A DNA stretch of 62,973 nt, counting the filler. It is 8 parts of 8 records of this genome, joined end to end, with 100 filler letters (N's around TTAATTAATTAA, not from the genome) between each part and the next. Parts side by side here need not be neighbours in the genome. Positions count along the whole stretch, not along the records: positions 23,113 to 38,680 come from SRR2962707_4113; positions 38,781 to 45,098 come from SRR2962707_4117; 6 more parts are not named here. One strand, 5' to 3'. A model generated the notes under the pieces. The model was given only the letters and a program-made list of their open reading frames with translations, was not told the origin of the DNA and made no database searches. This document shows positions 31,642 to 42,500 of this stretch, in pieces (the stretch's first letter is position 1; the number at the start of each line of letters is the position of its first letter). Position numbers and translations under genes: made by a program.

Positions 31642-32742
31642 TTATTCATTTATGGATCTTAATTCGTCAATAAAAGTAAACCAGGCTAGTTTCGGTAATC
31701 CTGTTTCCCAATTGTTCAGCCCTAAATGGTTCATGAAATTACAAATATGTATTGGATCAACGCCCTGCTGTTGAGCATATTGATTGCAAAATCCTTGCGG
31801 ATAGTCATACATTCCATGATAATAGACAAACTCAATATTTTTGCTATTAATGTACGGCTTCATAGAGCTAAACATTTTTTGCACAAAATCTGATTGCTGT
31901 TGTTCTGAGGAGGAATTGTCAGTCGAGGATGTATATCCTATTTCCGTAAACGCTATTGGTTTGCCTCCGGTATTTTGTACCATCCAATCCATATCATCTT
32001 TTATATCGCTTGGCGGGCGCATTTGCCATGGAGTACTATTTTGCTCATCTGTTGGGTAGTAGGTATAGCAAATAAAATCTCCCTCAGTTTTAAAGGTGTC
32101 AAATAGAATTGGATTATTCTTAGCCGCATTAAAGGTTATGATTGTTCCTACTTTAACTCTTGGATTTAAAGCATGTATCTGCTGTATTGCAGCCAAATAG
32201 AATGTTTTGAATTGTTGTATTTGGTCGGGATTAGTGCTTAAATATCCATCTATTTCATTTCCAATTAAAACATGGGTTACCCTTTCGATAGAAGGGACTT
32301 CAGTAAAAATTTTATCTAAAAGCAGTGAAAACCTATTTATCATCTCTGGATCATCAAAATCCAAGTTGGCTAAATCGTCTGGTACTAGCTTTATATTCGT
32401 GTCAATCATTTTCAAAACAATAATGTAGCTATCCAGCTTGGTTTTATTTTGATCAAGCAAAGTCAGCGGATTTGTTAAATTATCTTGAAGAGAGTAGGTG
32501 TTTGGGCTCGGTTCTAATACATTCCATTCAGGGCTCATCCCAAACATATTAATGCCATTTTGAACAGCATGGTCCAATCCATCGATATACCCGTCAATTC
32601 CGAAACTTGAATTTTTATATTGTTGAAGTGAAAGGCCAACTAGTAATTTGGGTGGTGATTGTTCTGATGGAGAGACCGAATCATTACAACAAGAAAAGAG
32701 AAGTAACGTCAATAATATTTGTAGCGTTTTCATTGTCATCAT
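31642..32742 (-). CDS. Lipoprotein, putative clan GH-A glycoside hydrolase
   Basis: Lipobox LLFSC; IGNEID (acid/base), TYYP, FTEIGY (nucleophile), HLGL...PKLAW. Confidence 0.7.
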   Translation of the reverse strand: MMTMKTLQILLTLLLFSCCNDSVSPSEQSPPKLLVGLSLQQYKNSSFGIDGYIDGLDHAVQNGINMFGMSPEWNVLEPSPNTYSLQDNLTNPLTLLDQNKTKLDSYIIVLKMIDTNIKLVPDDLANLDFDDPEMINRFSLLLDKIFTEVPSIERVTHVLIGNEIDGYLSTNPDQIQQFKTFYLAAIQQIHALNPRVKVGTIITFNAAKNNPILFDTFKTEGDFICYTYYPTDEQNSTPWQMRPPSDIKDDMDWMVQNTGGKPIAFTEIGYTSSTDNSSSEQQQSDFVQKMFSSMKPYINSKNIEFVYYHGMYDYPQGFCNQYAQQQGVDPIHICNFMNHLGLNNWETGLPKLAWFTFIDELRSINE

Positions 32743-32856
32743 CTTTATTTATTACATGTTTTCGATTAGACAGCTAAAACATCTGATAGGTTACAAATAA
32801 CCATTGAATGTTACATTGACCGAATGCAAAACGTAAAATCAGCTTAAACCTGTGTC

Positions 32857-33858
32857 CTAATTTACCATATCCAAAGCTACATCCACGATCATATCCTCCT
32901 GGCCACCAACCATGCCCCTTCGTGCCAACTCCTCTAGAATGGCCCGTGTATCAAGACCATACTTTTGTGCAGCTCGCTCTGAGTGCAATAAAAAACTGGA
33001 ATAAACCCCCGCATAGCCTAATGAAAGGGTTTCTCGATCAACGCGAACAGGTCTTTTTTGGAGTGGGCGCACTATCTCTTCTGCGGTATCCATAAGCTGA
33101 TACAGGTCACAGCTATGCGATACCTTCATTTTATTGAGTACGGCTATGAGCACTTCCAGAGGTGCATTGCCGGCACCAGCCCCCATACCGGTTAGTGATG
33201 CATCCAGACGAGTGGCCCCATGCTGCATGGCTACTATGGTATTGGCCACTCCGAGTGATAAGTTATGATGGCAATGAATACCAATTTCGGTCGATGGCTT
33301 CAGAATTTCTTTAAAAGCCTTTATCCTGTCTTTCACATCATCCATAAGCAAAGCCCCGGCCGAGTCAGTTACATATACACAATCAGCACCAGCTTGTTCC
33401 ATGATTTTGGCTTGTTCTGCTAGATCTTTTGGGCTGTTCATATGAGCCATCATCAAAAAACCACCTACGTCCAGGCCTAGTTTTTTTGCTCCTTGAATAT
33501 GCTGAATAGCTGTATCGGCTTCTGTACAGTGAGTTGCGATCCGTACAGATTCCACACCCATATTTTTGGCTTTTACGAGATCTTCCAGCGTGCCTATACC
33601 AGGCAGTATAAGAGTCGTAAGTCGAGCATGGGTAAGCTCTTCGCTGATGCCTTCCAGCCACTCCCAATCGGTTTGTGCTCCAAAACCAAAAGTAAAACTA
33701 CCTCCGGCAAGCCCATCACCATGTGCTATTTCAATGGCATCAACACCGGCACGGTCAAGAGCTATTGCTAATTCCTTTACTTGCTCTTTGGTGTACTGAT
33801 GACCAATGGCGTGCATGCCATCTCTTAGGGTCACGTCTTGTATATATGGTTTTTTCAT
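32857..33858 (-). CDS. dmpG: 4-hydroxy-2-oxovalerate aldolase
   Basis: [46 protein letters not shown]. Confidence 0.96.
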   Translation of the reverse strand: MKKPYIQDVTLRDGMHAIGHQYTKEQVKELAIALDRAGVDAIEIAHGDGLAGGSFTFGFGAQTDWEWLEGISEELTHARLTTLILPGIGTLEDLVKAKNMGVESVRIATHCTEADTAIQHIQGAKKLGLDVGGFLMMAHMNSPKDLAEQAKIMEQAGADCVYVTDSAGALLMDDVKDRIKAFKEILKPSTEIGIHCHHNLSLGVANTIVAMQHGATRLDASLTGMGAGAGNAPLEVLIAVLNKMKVSHSCDLYQLMDTAEEIVRPLQKRPVRVDRETLSLGYAGVYSSFLLHSERAAQKYGLDTRAILEELARRGMVGGQEDMIVDVALDMVN

Positions 33859-33863
33859 TGAAT

Positions 33864-34790
33864 TTAGGATTGAATTGATTTTACTAAACGCTCTGCTGTA
33901 GCCTTTGCCGCACTGGTCATAATGTCCAGGTTACCAGCATATTCTGGTAGATAATGTCCTGCACCGGTGACTTTCAGGTAAACAGAAGTTCTTAATCCAT
34001 GCCGATAGCCCAACCCCTGAATTAGGACAGGATCTGATTTGGGGATTTCTTCAAATAATACTTCCTGATGAAGTTCATACCCTGGAACATATTCTTGTAC
34101 CAATTTCACCTTTGCCCGTATGCTTTCGCGAATGGCTTCTTTATCACCCATTTCTGAAAGTGTAAAAACTGTATCCCTCATCACCAATGGTGGTTCAGCT
34201 GGATTTAAAATAATAATGGCCTTTCCTTTTTCGGCCCTTCCAACCTTCTCAATACCCTGGGAAGTGGTTTCTGTAAACTCATCAATGTTTGCTCGGGTGC
34301 CGGGACCCGCAGATTTACTTGCTATTGAGGCGACAATTTCACCATAGTGCACATTTACCACATCACTAATGGCAGCCACAATTGGAATAGTAGCCTGCCC
34401 CCCACACGTGACCATGTTTACATTCAAGGCTTCAAGGTGGTCAGAAAAATTGACTGCTGGCACAAGATACGGCCCTACTGCTGCGGGTGTAAGGTCAATC
34501 ATGCGTTTGTCTGAGAACTGGCGTATTTTTTCCCAATTGTACAAATGAGCCTTTGCGGATGTAGCATCAAACACTATCTTAATGTTGTTCCATTCTGGCA
34601 TTTCCAAAAGGCCATCCACTCCTGTATGGCAGGTTGGCACATCCATTCGTGCAGCACGGGCCAGCCCATCAGATTTCGGATCAATACCCACCATGGCAGC
34701 AACTTCCAATGTTTCTGAATACCTCAAAATTTTTATCAACAAATCCGTTCCAATATTTCCAGAACCAATGATTGCTACCTTTATCTTCAT
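33864..34790 (-). CDS. mhpF: Acetaldehyde dehydrogenase (acylating)
   Basis: [44 protein letters not shown]. Confidence 0.96.
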   Translation of the reverse strand: MKIKVAIIGSGNIGTDLLIKILRYSETLEVAAMVGIDPKSDGLARAARMDVPTCHTGVDGLLEMPEWNNIKIVFDATSAKAHLYNWEKIRQFSDKRMIDLTPAAVGPYLVPAVNFSDHLEALNVNMVTCGGQATIPIVAAISDVVNVHYGEIVASIASKSAGPGTRANIDEFTETTSQGIEKVGRAEKGKAIIILNPAEPPLVMRDTVFTLSEMGDKEAIRESIRAKVKLVQEYVPGYELHQEVLFEEIPKSDPVLIQGLGYRHGLRTSVYLKVTGAGHYLPEYAGNLDIMTSAAKATAERLVKSIQS

Positions 34791-34808
34791 TACTTATTTC
34801 GTTTTACT

Positions 34809-35588
34809 TTAAGATGTGAAATGAACAGAAGCACCTCCAAGTGTACTTATCTCTACCTCTACATAGTCGTCAGGGTTCACCGGTATCATAGGGCCCAGAG
34901 CTCCTGATAATATCAATTCTCCTTCTCTAAGCGGAGTTCCTACTTCTACCATCTTTTTCGCCAACCATAATACGGCATTAATAGGGCTGCCTAGACATGC
35001 CGCTCCAGTCCCTTCTGAGACCACTGTGTTATTTATTTTCATGGTCATTTGTGCGTTTATCATATCAAATTCAGATAGAGAAAGAGGGGTGTGTCCGATT
35101 ACAAAATGACTGGCAGAAGCGTTATCTGCTACGGTATCTGTAATTTTTATGTTCCAATCGGCTATCCTGCTTCCCAGGATTTCAATGGCAGGTATTGCAT
35201 AATCAATGGCATTTATCACATCTATAGTAGTGATCGTACTATGATCTAAATCATGGCTCAAAACAAAGGCTATTTCAGCTTCCACTTTAGGCTGCATTAG
35301 TTTTTTAGTGCTAACTGAAAGCCCATTGAGTACTTCCATATCATGAAAAAGCACGCCAAAATCTGGCTGTTCCACACCAACCTGTCGCTGTATCGCCTCT
35401 GAGGTAAGACCTATCTTCTTTCCAATGATTTTGCTTCCATTTTCAATACGTCTCTTTGTATTGAGGTTTTGGATTTGGTATGCCAATGTAATATCCTCCA
35501 CGCCAACTTCCTCACTAATGGGTTCGATAGGTTTTCCAGAAGCTCCAGCCTCCCATAGTCTCTCTGCTATATTTGTTTTTATACTCAT
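34809..35588 (-). CDS. mhpD: 2-keto-4-pentenoate hydratase (FAH family)
   Basis: GKKIGLTS, PDFG, EAEIAF, DTVADNAS, GAACLGSP, ILSGALG. Confidence 0.92.
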   Translation of the reverse strand: MSIKTNIAERLWEAGASGKPIEPISEEVGVEDITLAYQIQNLNTKRRIENGSKIIGKKIGLTSEAIQRQVGVEQPDFGVLFHDMEVLNGLSVSTKKLMQPKVEAEIAFVLSHDLDHSTITTIDVINAIDYAIPAIEILGSRIADWNIKITDTVADNASASHFVIGHTPLSLSEFDMINAQMTMKINNTVVSEGTGAACLGSPINAVLWLAKKMVEVGTPLREGELILSGALGPMIPVNPDDYVEVEISTLGGASVHFTS

Positions 35589-35592
35589 GCCT

Positions 35593-36597
35593 TCAATAAA
35601 ATTTTTTATGGTCTGATAAATCCAGCAATCTTTCTGCTTTACCAGTATTGATATATTTTTTTACATTGGGAATTCCCACCTTACTGGAATGTAGCAACAC
35701 CCCATCTACCATTGCTGAGTTATGTGGCGACCCGAGCACATTTGGCAGGTCAAGAAACGGAAAGCTCAACTTGAACTCGTTTACAAAGAAGGGTTCTATC
35801 CACCAGGCATCTATAGCAGCCTTAAATGTAGGCGTTGATTTAAGTTTTTGGTACAAAGGCTCTTCATCGATAATTTGCCCACGCGCAAGGTTAACCAAGA
35901 TGGCATTCTCTTTCATTTTGGCAAGTTCAGAGTGACCTATCAGGTTTTCTGTTTGAGCCGTTAACGGAATGGTGATGACGATAAAATCGGTTTTGGAGAG
36001 CAGGTAATCAAGTTGATCCAATTTTCCAATCCAATCTGTAGGTTCTGTACTCTCTCCACTTGTGTTTATGGCAAATATTTGACAATTGAAAGCAGACTTC
36101 ATAATGCGTGCGATACGCTTCCCGATACCTCCGAAACCAATGATTCCGCAAACTTTTTGGTCGATCAAAGTGGAACTGCTTCCAAACTGGTTAAATTCAC
36201 CTTGCTTCATTTCCTCATGCCTTTGTCCCAGGTTTTTGGCCAGAGACAATATCATTCCCACCCCATGCTCAGCCATCGGTATAGCATAGGCACCCATATT
36301 ACCGGCCACAATAGTTTCTTGTGGGAACCTACTAAAATCCAAATGGTCAAATCCGGCTGAGAGTAATTGGATAAATCTAATGCCATTAAAAGCACGATCC
36401 TTCACTTCGGGAAGCTCAATGGTTGGATTTCTGGCTATTAAAATATTTGACTTTTTGAGTTTTTCAGCCTGGTCTTCTGCTGACAAGCCATTGAGAAAAT
36501 AAAGGTCTGCAATCCCACCAAGCTCCTTTTTATAGTACTTGATCTCCTCATTACTTACTTTATTACTAATAGATATCGTGTGTTTTGGTGTATTCAT
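35593..36597 (-). CDS. D-isomer-specific 2-hydroxyacid dehydrogenase
   Basis: AGFDH, MAEH, GFGGIG, NLARG, DAWW.EP, SPHNS. Confidence 0.9.
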   Translation of the reverse strand: MNTPKHTISISNKVSNEEIKYYKKELGGIADLYFLNGLSAEDQAEKLKKSNILIARNPTIELPEVKDRAFNGIRFIQLLSAGFDHLDFSRFPQETIVAGNMGAYAIPMAEHGVGMILSLAKNLGQRHEEMKQGEFNQFGSSSTLIDQKVCGIIGFGGIGKRIARIMKSAFNCQIFAINTSGESTEPTDWIGKLDQLDYLLSKTDFIVITIPLTAQTENLIGHSELAKMKENAILVNLARGQIIDEEPLYQKLKSTPTFKAAIDAWWIEPFFVNEFKLSFPFLDLPNVLGSPHNSAMVDGVLLHSSKVGIPNVKKYINTGKAERLLDLSDHKKFY

Positions 36598-36699
36598 GCA
36601 TTTTTTGATTTTATATGGTCATAAGAAACTTTCACGATAAATAATCTTTAATCAATGCAGTAAACATTTCGCACAGAAGGTCAAAACCACTTTCATGGA

Positions 36700-37482
36700 C
36701 TAAATTGGAAATTTTGATTCCCCACCATCTACAGTCCAGATAGCCCCCTGAACAAAAGAGGCTGCTGGAGAAAGCAAGAAAGTAACAACTTTGCCAATTT
36801 CTTCAGGGCTTGCGAATCGACCCAGGGGTATGTTGGCAGCCATTTGTTTTTCTGTTTCTTCTAAGTTCTGCTTTTTTTCACCCGCCACCATTTTCACATA
36901 ATTGGCCACTACCTCTGTGCTGGTGTAACCCGGTGCAATGCCGTTTACACGTATATTGGGAGCCAATTCTTCTGAAAAAGTCTTGACCATACCCGCTACA
37001 GCCAATCGTAGGTTAGAAGCCAACGTATAGTCAACAGAAGGCTGGCGTATGTAGCTCGAAGTGTTGATGACAATACTTGCATTGTCTGAAAAGATATTTA
37101 GCCCATGGTAACAGAGGTGTCTCACCGATGCGATAATGGTGCGATACCCGTTTTCCCATTCTTGCGAAGAAAGGGAAGACAAATTTCCTGAGGCAGGTGC
37201 ACCTGAATTTGTAAACAGCAAATCAAGTTTACCTTGTTGTTCACTAATTACTTCATATGCTTTGATTATGTCGCTCTCGTTGGTGACATCACAGACCAAA
37301 GCGATGACCTGGTTTCCAGTCTTTTCTTCAATGTCCTTTGCACGTTCTTCTAGTTTCTCTTTTGTGCGTGCACATACATACACAATGGCTCCTTCTTTGG
37401 ATAGCTCTTCTGCCACGGCTGCTCCCATTCCCTGGCTGCCCCCCGCTACAAAAGCTACTTTATCTTTTAAGTCTAAATTCAT
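36700..37482 (-). CDS. SDR-family oxidoreductase (atypical active site)
   Basis: GGSQGMG, NSGAP, LASNLR in place of YxxxK, PGYTST, PLGRF, VDGG. Confidence 0.9.
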   Translation of the reverse strand: MNLDLKDKVAFVAGGSQGMGAAVAEELSKEGAIVYVCARTKEKLEERAKDIEEKTGNQVIALVCDVTNESDIIKAYEVISEQQGKLDLLFTNSGAPASGNLSSLSSQEWENGYRTIIASVRHLCYHGLNIFSDNASIVINTSSYIRQPSVDYTLASNLRLAVAGMVKTFSEELAPNIRVNGIAPGYTSTEVVANYVKMVAGEKKQNLEETEKQMAANIPLGRFASPEEIGKVVTFLLSPAASFVQGAIWTVDGGESKFPI

Positions 37483-37483
37483 T

Positions 37484-38248
37484 TCAATTTGCTATTATTA
37501 GCCCTCCATCTACGTGAATATTCTGACCCGTAATGTATTGGTTCTCTTCTGAGAGCAGATAAGCAGCCAAGCTTGCCACATCTTCCGGCATCCCGAATTT
37601 CTTTAATGGAATTTCATTAATCGTTCTTTGATCAACCTCCTCTTTGCTAATATTTTCACTATCGGCATAGCGCTGATTAAAGTCAAGTATTCTTTGTGTA
37701 GCGATGTATCCTGGTGCTACAGTATTGATGAGTATTCCATCACTACCCAATTCTAATGCTGCTGTCTTAAGGGCATTGACCAGAGCGGCTCTTAAGCTAT
37801 TTGACAGAATAATGCCTTGATAGGGGCTTTTTACCGTAAAGGAAGTTATAGCTACTACTTTACCACTATTTTGTTTTTGCATCATTGGTGTAAGTCCTCG
37901 TAAAAGACTTAGTGGTCCATGAAGCATGATTTTGGCATAAGCTTCCCATTCTGAATCAGAAACATCCATAAATGGCTTAATCGGTGGCCCACCATGGTTG
38001 AGAAGTATGGCATCAATATGGTTCTTTTCCTTTACCTTGGTCACCAAAGCGGAGATGGTGGCTGAATCCCCCAGGCTACCATCAACCCCTTCTACATTTA
38101 TACCCAAATTCTGAAGTTTTGTGACAGAATCAGAGGTATTCCTACTGTTAATAATCAGATCATAACCCCTCTTTGCCAATGCTTGCGCCGTGGCAAACCC
38201 AATTCCTTTTGAGGCACCTGTAAGAAGTGCAATTTTTCTCTCCATCAC
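37484..38248 (-). CDS. SDR-family oxidoreductase (atypical active site)
   Basis: TGASKGIG, NHGGPP, LSNSLR in place of YxxxK, APGYIAT, VDGG. Confidence 0.9.
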   Translation of the reverse strand: MMERKIALLTGASKGIGFATAQALAKRGYDLIINSRNTSDSVTKLQNLGINVEGVDGSLGDSATISALVTKVKEKNHIDAILLNHGGPPIKPFMDVSDSEWEAYAKIMLHGPLSLLRGLTPMMQKQNSGKVVAITSFTVKSPYQGIILSNSLRAALVNALKTAALELGSDGILINTVAPGYIATQRILDFNQRYADSENISKEEVDQRTINEIPLKKFGMPEDVASLAAYLLSEENQYITGQNIHVDGGLIIAN

Positions 38249-38589
38249 GTAGCACTCTCTTCTAGCTTTTGAATAAGGTCTTCTCTGACAGGGGTGAAAA
38301 GGTCTATTAAAATGGTATCTTCTACAGCTTCCACTTCATGCTCTTCATTGGATGGAAAGTGAACAATGCCTCCTTGGAATAAATTAAATTCCTTCCCTTT
38401 CATTCTTACTTTTACGTGCCCCTCGGCGACAAAGCTCATCTGCTCATGAGGATGTGAATGCTTGGCTGCTACACTACCTTTGGGCAGTTTTGCTTGTACA
38501 GTCATTAGCCCATCACCGGCAAAAGGATATAGTTTTATTTCTCCAGCCTCCAAAAATGGCAGTTCATCCATTTGTGCGTAGTTGTTCAT
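38245..38589 (-). CDS. Cupin_2 domain protein
   Basis: HSHPHEQ and HEV metal motifs; C-terminal FTPVRED. Confidence 0.88.
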   Translation of the reverse strand: MNNYAQMDELPFLEAGEIKLYPFAGDGLMTVQAKLPKGSVAAKHSHPHEQMSFVAEGHVKVRMKGKEFNLFQGGIVHFPSNEEHEVEAVEDTILIDLFTPVREDLIQKLEESAT

Positions 38590-38680
38590 AAAATATATTG
38601 GTTTATTATTTCTTCCATTTTAAATGGTTACAATTTCAGAGAAATACTTTTACAATAAGTTTAAATTTTGATAATAATTT

Positions 38681-38780
38681 NNNNNNNNNNNNNNNNNNNN
38701 NNNNNNNNNNNNNNNNNNNNNNNNTTAATTAATTAANNNNNNNNNNNNNNNNNNNNNNNNNNNNNNNNNNNNNNNNNNNN
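38681..38780. other. Artificial contig spacer
   Basis: N44-TTAATTAATTAA-N44. Confidence 0.98.
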
Positions 38781-38782
38781 TT

Positions 38783-39438
38783 GGTGGTGGCGGTGGTGGT
38801 GGTGGTGGTGCAAGCAGCGTAGGCGGGGGTTCCTATGCCGCAGGATTTTCACCTTCCAATTACTTTGGTGGAGCAGCGGGCTCCAACAGCGGCTCGCCTT
38901 CCGGGTCGCCATTTGCACGCGCAATGGCGGCTGCCAGTGTTCGCCCTGGGAGCGCAGGGAGTGGCTTTCCAGGTTTCTCTCCCACGCACTCACTTTCGCC
39001 ATTGCCCTCGCTGGGTCTACCACCCAACGGCGGGGCAGGGATCTTCAGCCTCCCCGGCTCAGGTCAGTCCTCATTGACCCGCATGAGTCCAACGGCACAA
39101 CAGTTGCAACGGCTACATCAAGCGTTCCAAGCTGGCGAAATCACTGAAGAACAACGACGTCAAATGAAAAACCAGGTTCGCATGTTTACCTGTCTGCGCA
39201 CAAGCTCGATCTGCGAAGTTTTCATGTTTGGTTGACCCCTTGTGTTGCTGCTCGTGTGATTTTTTTTTTGCGGCCCCTGCGTGTGTAGATTGTGCGGCGC
39301 GACTCCCAGATGTCGGACCAAACCTACTCACCAAGATCGAGGCCAAGCAGTACTGATGCACAACTCGACGGAAGTGCTGGAAATTTAAAGCGCGCAGCTG
39401 CTGTGTGGGACTTCGCAGGCCTAGATGCAGGATTTTAG
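38783..39438 (+). CDS. 3' end of a protist gene (Gly/Ser-rich, SHOCT-like helix pair), two exons
   Basis: Open from the contig start to LQRLHQAFQAGEITEEQRRQMKNQ, then a GTTCGC...TAG intron and last exon IVRRDSQ...AGF*. Confidence 0.55.
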
Positions 39439-39541
39439 ATGTTTGTTGCCGCCTGAGCGCGTATTTGTTCGGGGCGCGGTCTGTGTCACTTATAATTTGT
39501 TACGAACGGAAACCAACAAACTGTTGGCAATGATACTGCCA

Positions 39542-42500
39542 TTACACGTTGTACAGAGCCCGGTAGCTGATCCATGGTGCACTCGACGCGGTCGCATCTG
39601 GGTTCGATGTCAGCTGTGATGGGACACAGTCGTCAAGTCCAACGTCAATACATAAGCGAGGAGAATCTTCACTGCCAAGCTGCTGCTGATATTTTCGAAG
39701 TTGCTGACCAAAAACGGTTAGAGGATACCTACATTCACGACACACACTGGCTTCAGTGATGAAAACAGAGCTTCGTGGGAGGAGCAGTATGGAATGTCAT
39801 TGCCGACACCAAAGTGCCGAGCAAACCTTGTAACATCGCTATGCACGTGGGACGTATTAGATGACACTTTCAATTCGCTGCGCACGTAGGCCTCAGATGT
39901 TGCGGAGTCATATTTGTCTAAAATAAAGATCGCCAGAGAGATTCCAGACTCGACATTCAACGTAGCATGAGACCAGTGCTTCGGGACCAAGAGAATGTCC
40001 CCCTCCCGCTGCATGCTTTGATACGGCAAGCAAGAAAACGCAACTCAGTTTGCTGACTATCACGGCACGCACTGGTACGGCTTACCATAACCAATCAACA
40101 AGCACAAAGAGTTGACCCGCGCAGGAAGCTCACCATTTTAGCGGTTGAATCCCGTGCCTTCGTCGCTGACGCGGTTCAGTCTGTGTGAAGAGCTCCAGCG
40201 CTGGTGTGTACGATTCGGGCGATTGATCTGGGGGATAAAATAGCCTTTCCGATTGGAGACGGCAAGAAACGCAAACAGTGCAGGTGACCGAGGCAGCACA
40301 AAACGAATCAAGTTGTTGGGGAGAAATTGGTCTCGTTGTCACAGATCAAGCAACCCACCAGTCTTTCCTTCCAAAGAAAAGCATATTTATTGCCAGATTG
40401 TGCCAATGTGCTGGTGCACCTGCACAGCAAAAGCTAGATTAAGACGCACTGCCACCTGACCGGTTGAAACCACCATAATATGGATGCTGTGGCTACACAC
40501 CGGCTCCTGATGGCCCAAGGTGAATGCTGGGCGTGCCAACATCCGGCGGTATCATAGCAATGCCGCGGCCTTGGTTTTCAATTTCTTTTATAAAGCTGTA
40601 GACCGAATCCACATCATCAAGAACTTTTTGGAGATGCTCTGCCACAAAATGGACAGACCAGAGGTACTTCACACTGCTGCCATTGTTACCATGCTCACCA
40701 AAGGTATTGATGTATTCGGCCATCGACACCTGGAGCGTCAACCAAACCGTGAGCAACATGAACACATGCCGACAGACAATTCACATCTAGCCCCATTCAA
40801 TCGTTGAGTCACTGCACATGTACACATGGACGCGTACCGATTGCATGCCGCGCGCGCCTCTACCAAATTGTGTCGGGTACGGGTGATCGCCAATTCGAAC
40901 AGAATCATTTGCATACCGTGCCAAAAATTCTTCTTTCGAAAACAGCTTAAGCTTTGGTCCTGCCAGCAAAGCACGAAGGGTCAATGCGCCACAGTAACAA
41001 CCAAGACATGCCAGAAATCAGACCTTGTTCGCAGTGCCGCACACGCAGAGAAAATTACCAAGAAGGGGTATGGCTGCCCCACGAAGAATGACAGGCTTGG
41101 AAGCGTCAATATACCGGATAAAATCTGCCGGAGACGGAAGTCCTGAAAAAAAAGAAAAAAATGGGGCAATGACTATAGGCTAACCGCTGTCACCGCACAA
41201 CCCACACAACCGGAAGTCGTGTGATCATGCTTCGTACCAAATACAGAAACAACCTCGCAATCCGACGATACGTCCTCATTGGCAAAGCCGAGACGAGAAG
41301 GTCGACTGTAGTTTCGAGCAATTAGATCTTCACGCACGCCATCGCTGTGCCACGACTTGCGGTGCTGCTCTGCTGCAAGATCCCAGTCATAAGAGAAAGT
41401 TGTCACGTTCGGATGGTCTGAGAAATTGAATATTGGACAAGCTTCACTGTCTTTGTCAGTATTTGAGAATTTGAGATCTTCCGGAAGGAATTCGATTTCG
41501 CCCGCGATGACAGGTGAATCGGAAACGTTCGGGCCGATATATGGCAGCATGCATGATGAGTTGGATATTGAACACGCAGCATAGTCAAGAGCTGACATCC
41601 CTTCCGAGTCAACTCGGGCTTCGAGATCTTCGTCGTCATTCGGCCTGCGAAAAGCCTAAAACAAGCAACAAGGCACACATGTCATAGTGTTCTGTGCTCT
41701 AAAACACCAACCCAAAATCCCACTTTCAGTGAACGCACCCATTGTCGCCACTGTCGCAAGGACCGCCAGATAGTTGAATCTTGTCCATGCAGCTTGGCTG
41801 CAATGTGCAGAGGAGTTCTATCGTAAAGGAACTCTCCTTGATTGAAAGCGTGCTGCACAAGCTCGCGCAATGGTGACACGGTAGATGACATATTCAAGGA
41901 CACCTCGGCCGATTCCGCCAGGAATCGAATCCGCTCCATTACCTATCCAATCCAATGGATTTTGAATTTTCCAATTTGAACGATATCAATCAACCTTGCA
42001 AGACACCACAGCTGCAGGCCCTCACCGTATTCAGCAATTTAGTTTTTCCTTGCAGGGCATATATGTGTAACGGATTCACGGCTGTCGGTGGCGGCGTCTG
42101 CAACGCAATGCTCGCCATATTTAGCCAGCTGCGATTGGATGCAGTGATTCTTGTTTGACCAGGGGGATCCTTGCCAAAGTACATTTTTTCGTCAGCTGCA
42201 CCGCATTCTTCAGGAATATATCTGAATCTCGACGTTGACAATGCATCTCGCATGAGGAATATGTTGAGTTCTTCGTCCATGGCGTGCGTCAAAATTCGCG
42301 GCAGCATGGTCGTTTCGCCAAAGTACAGAGTGGTGTTTTGTTTCTTTGGCTACGACACCATGTGGCGAACAAAACGCATAAATTAGCATGCATGTACGTA
42401 CGTATGTATGTATTTTGCACTTAATCACGATATATGAAGAACCAAGGTGGCACGTGCACGCGCCTACCGACCTGCACTTCGCTGTTGCCTGCGGGGTTCA

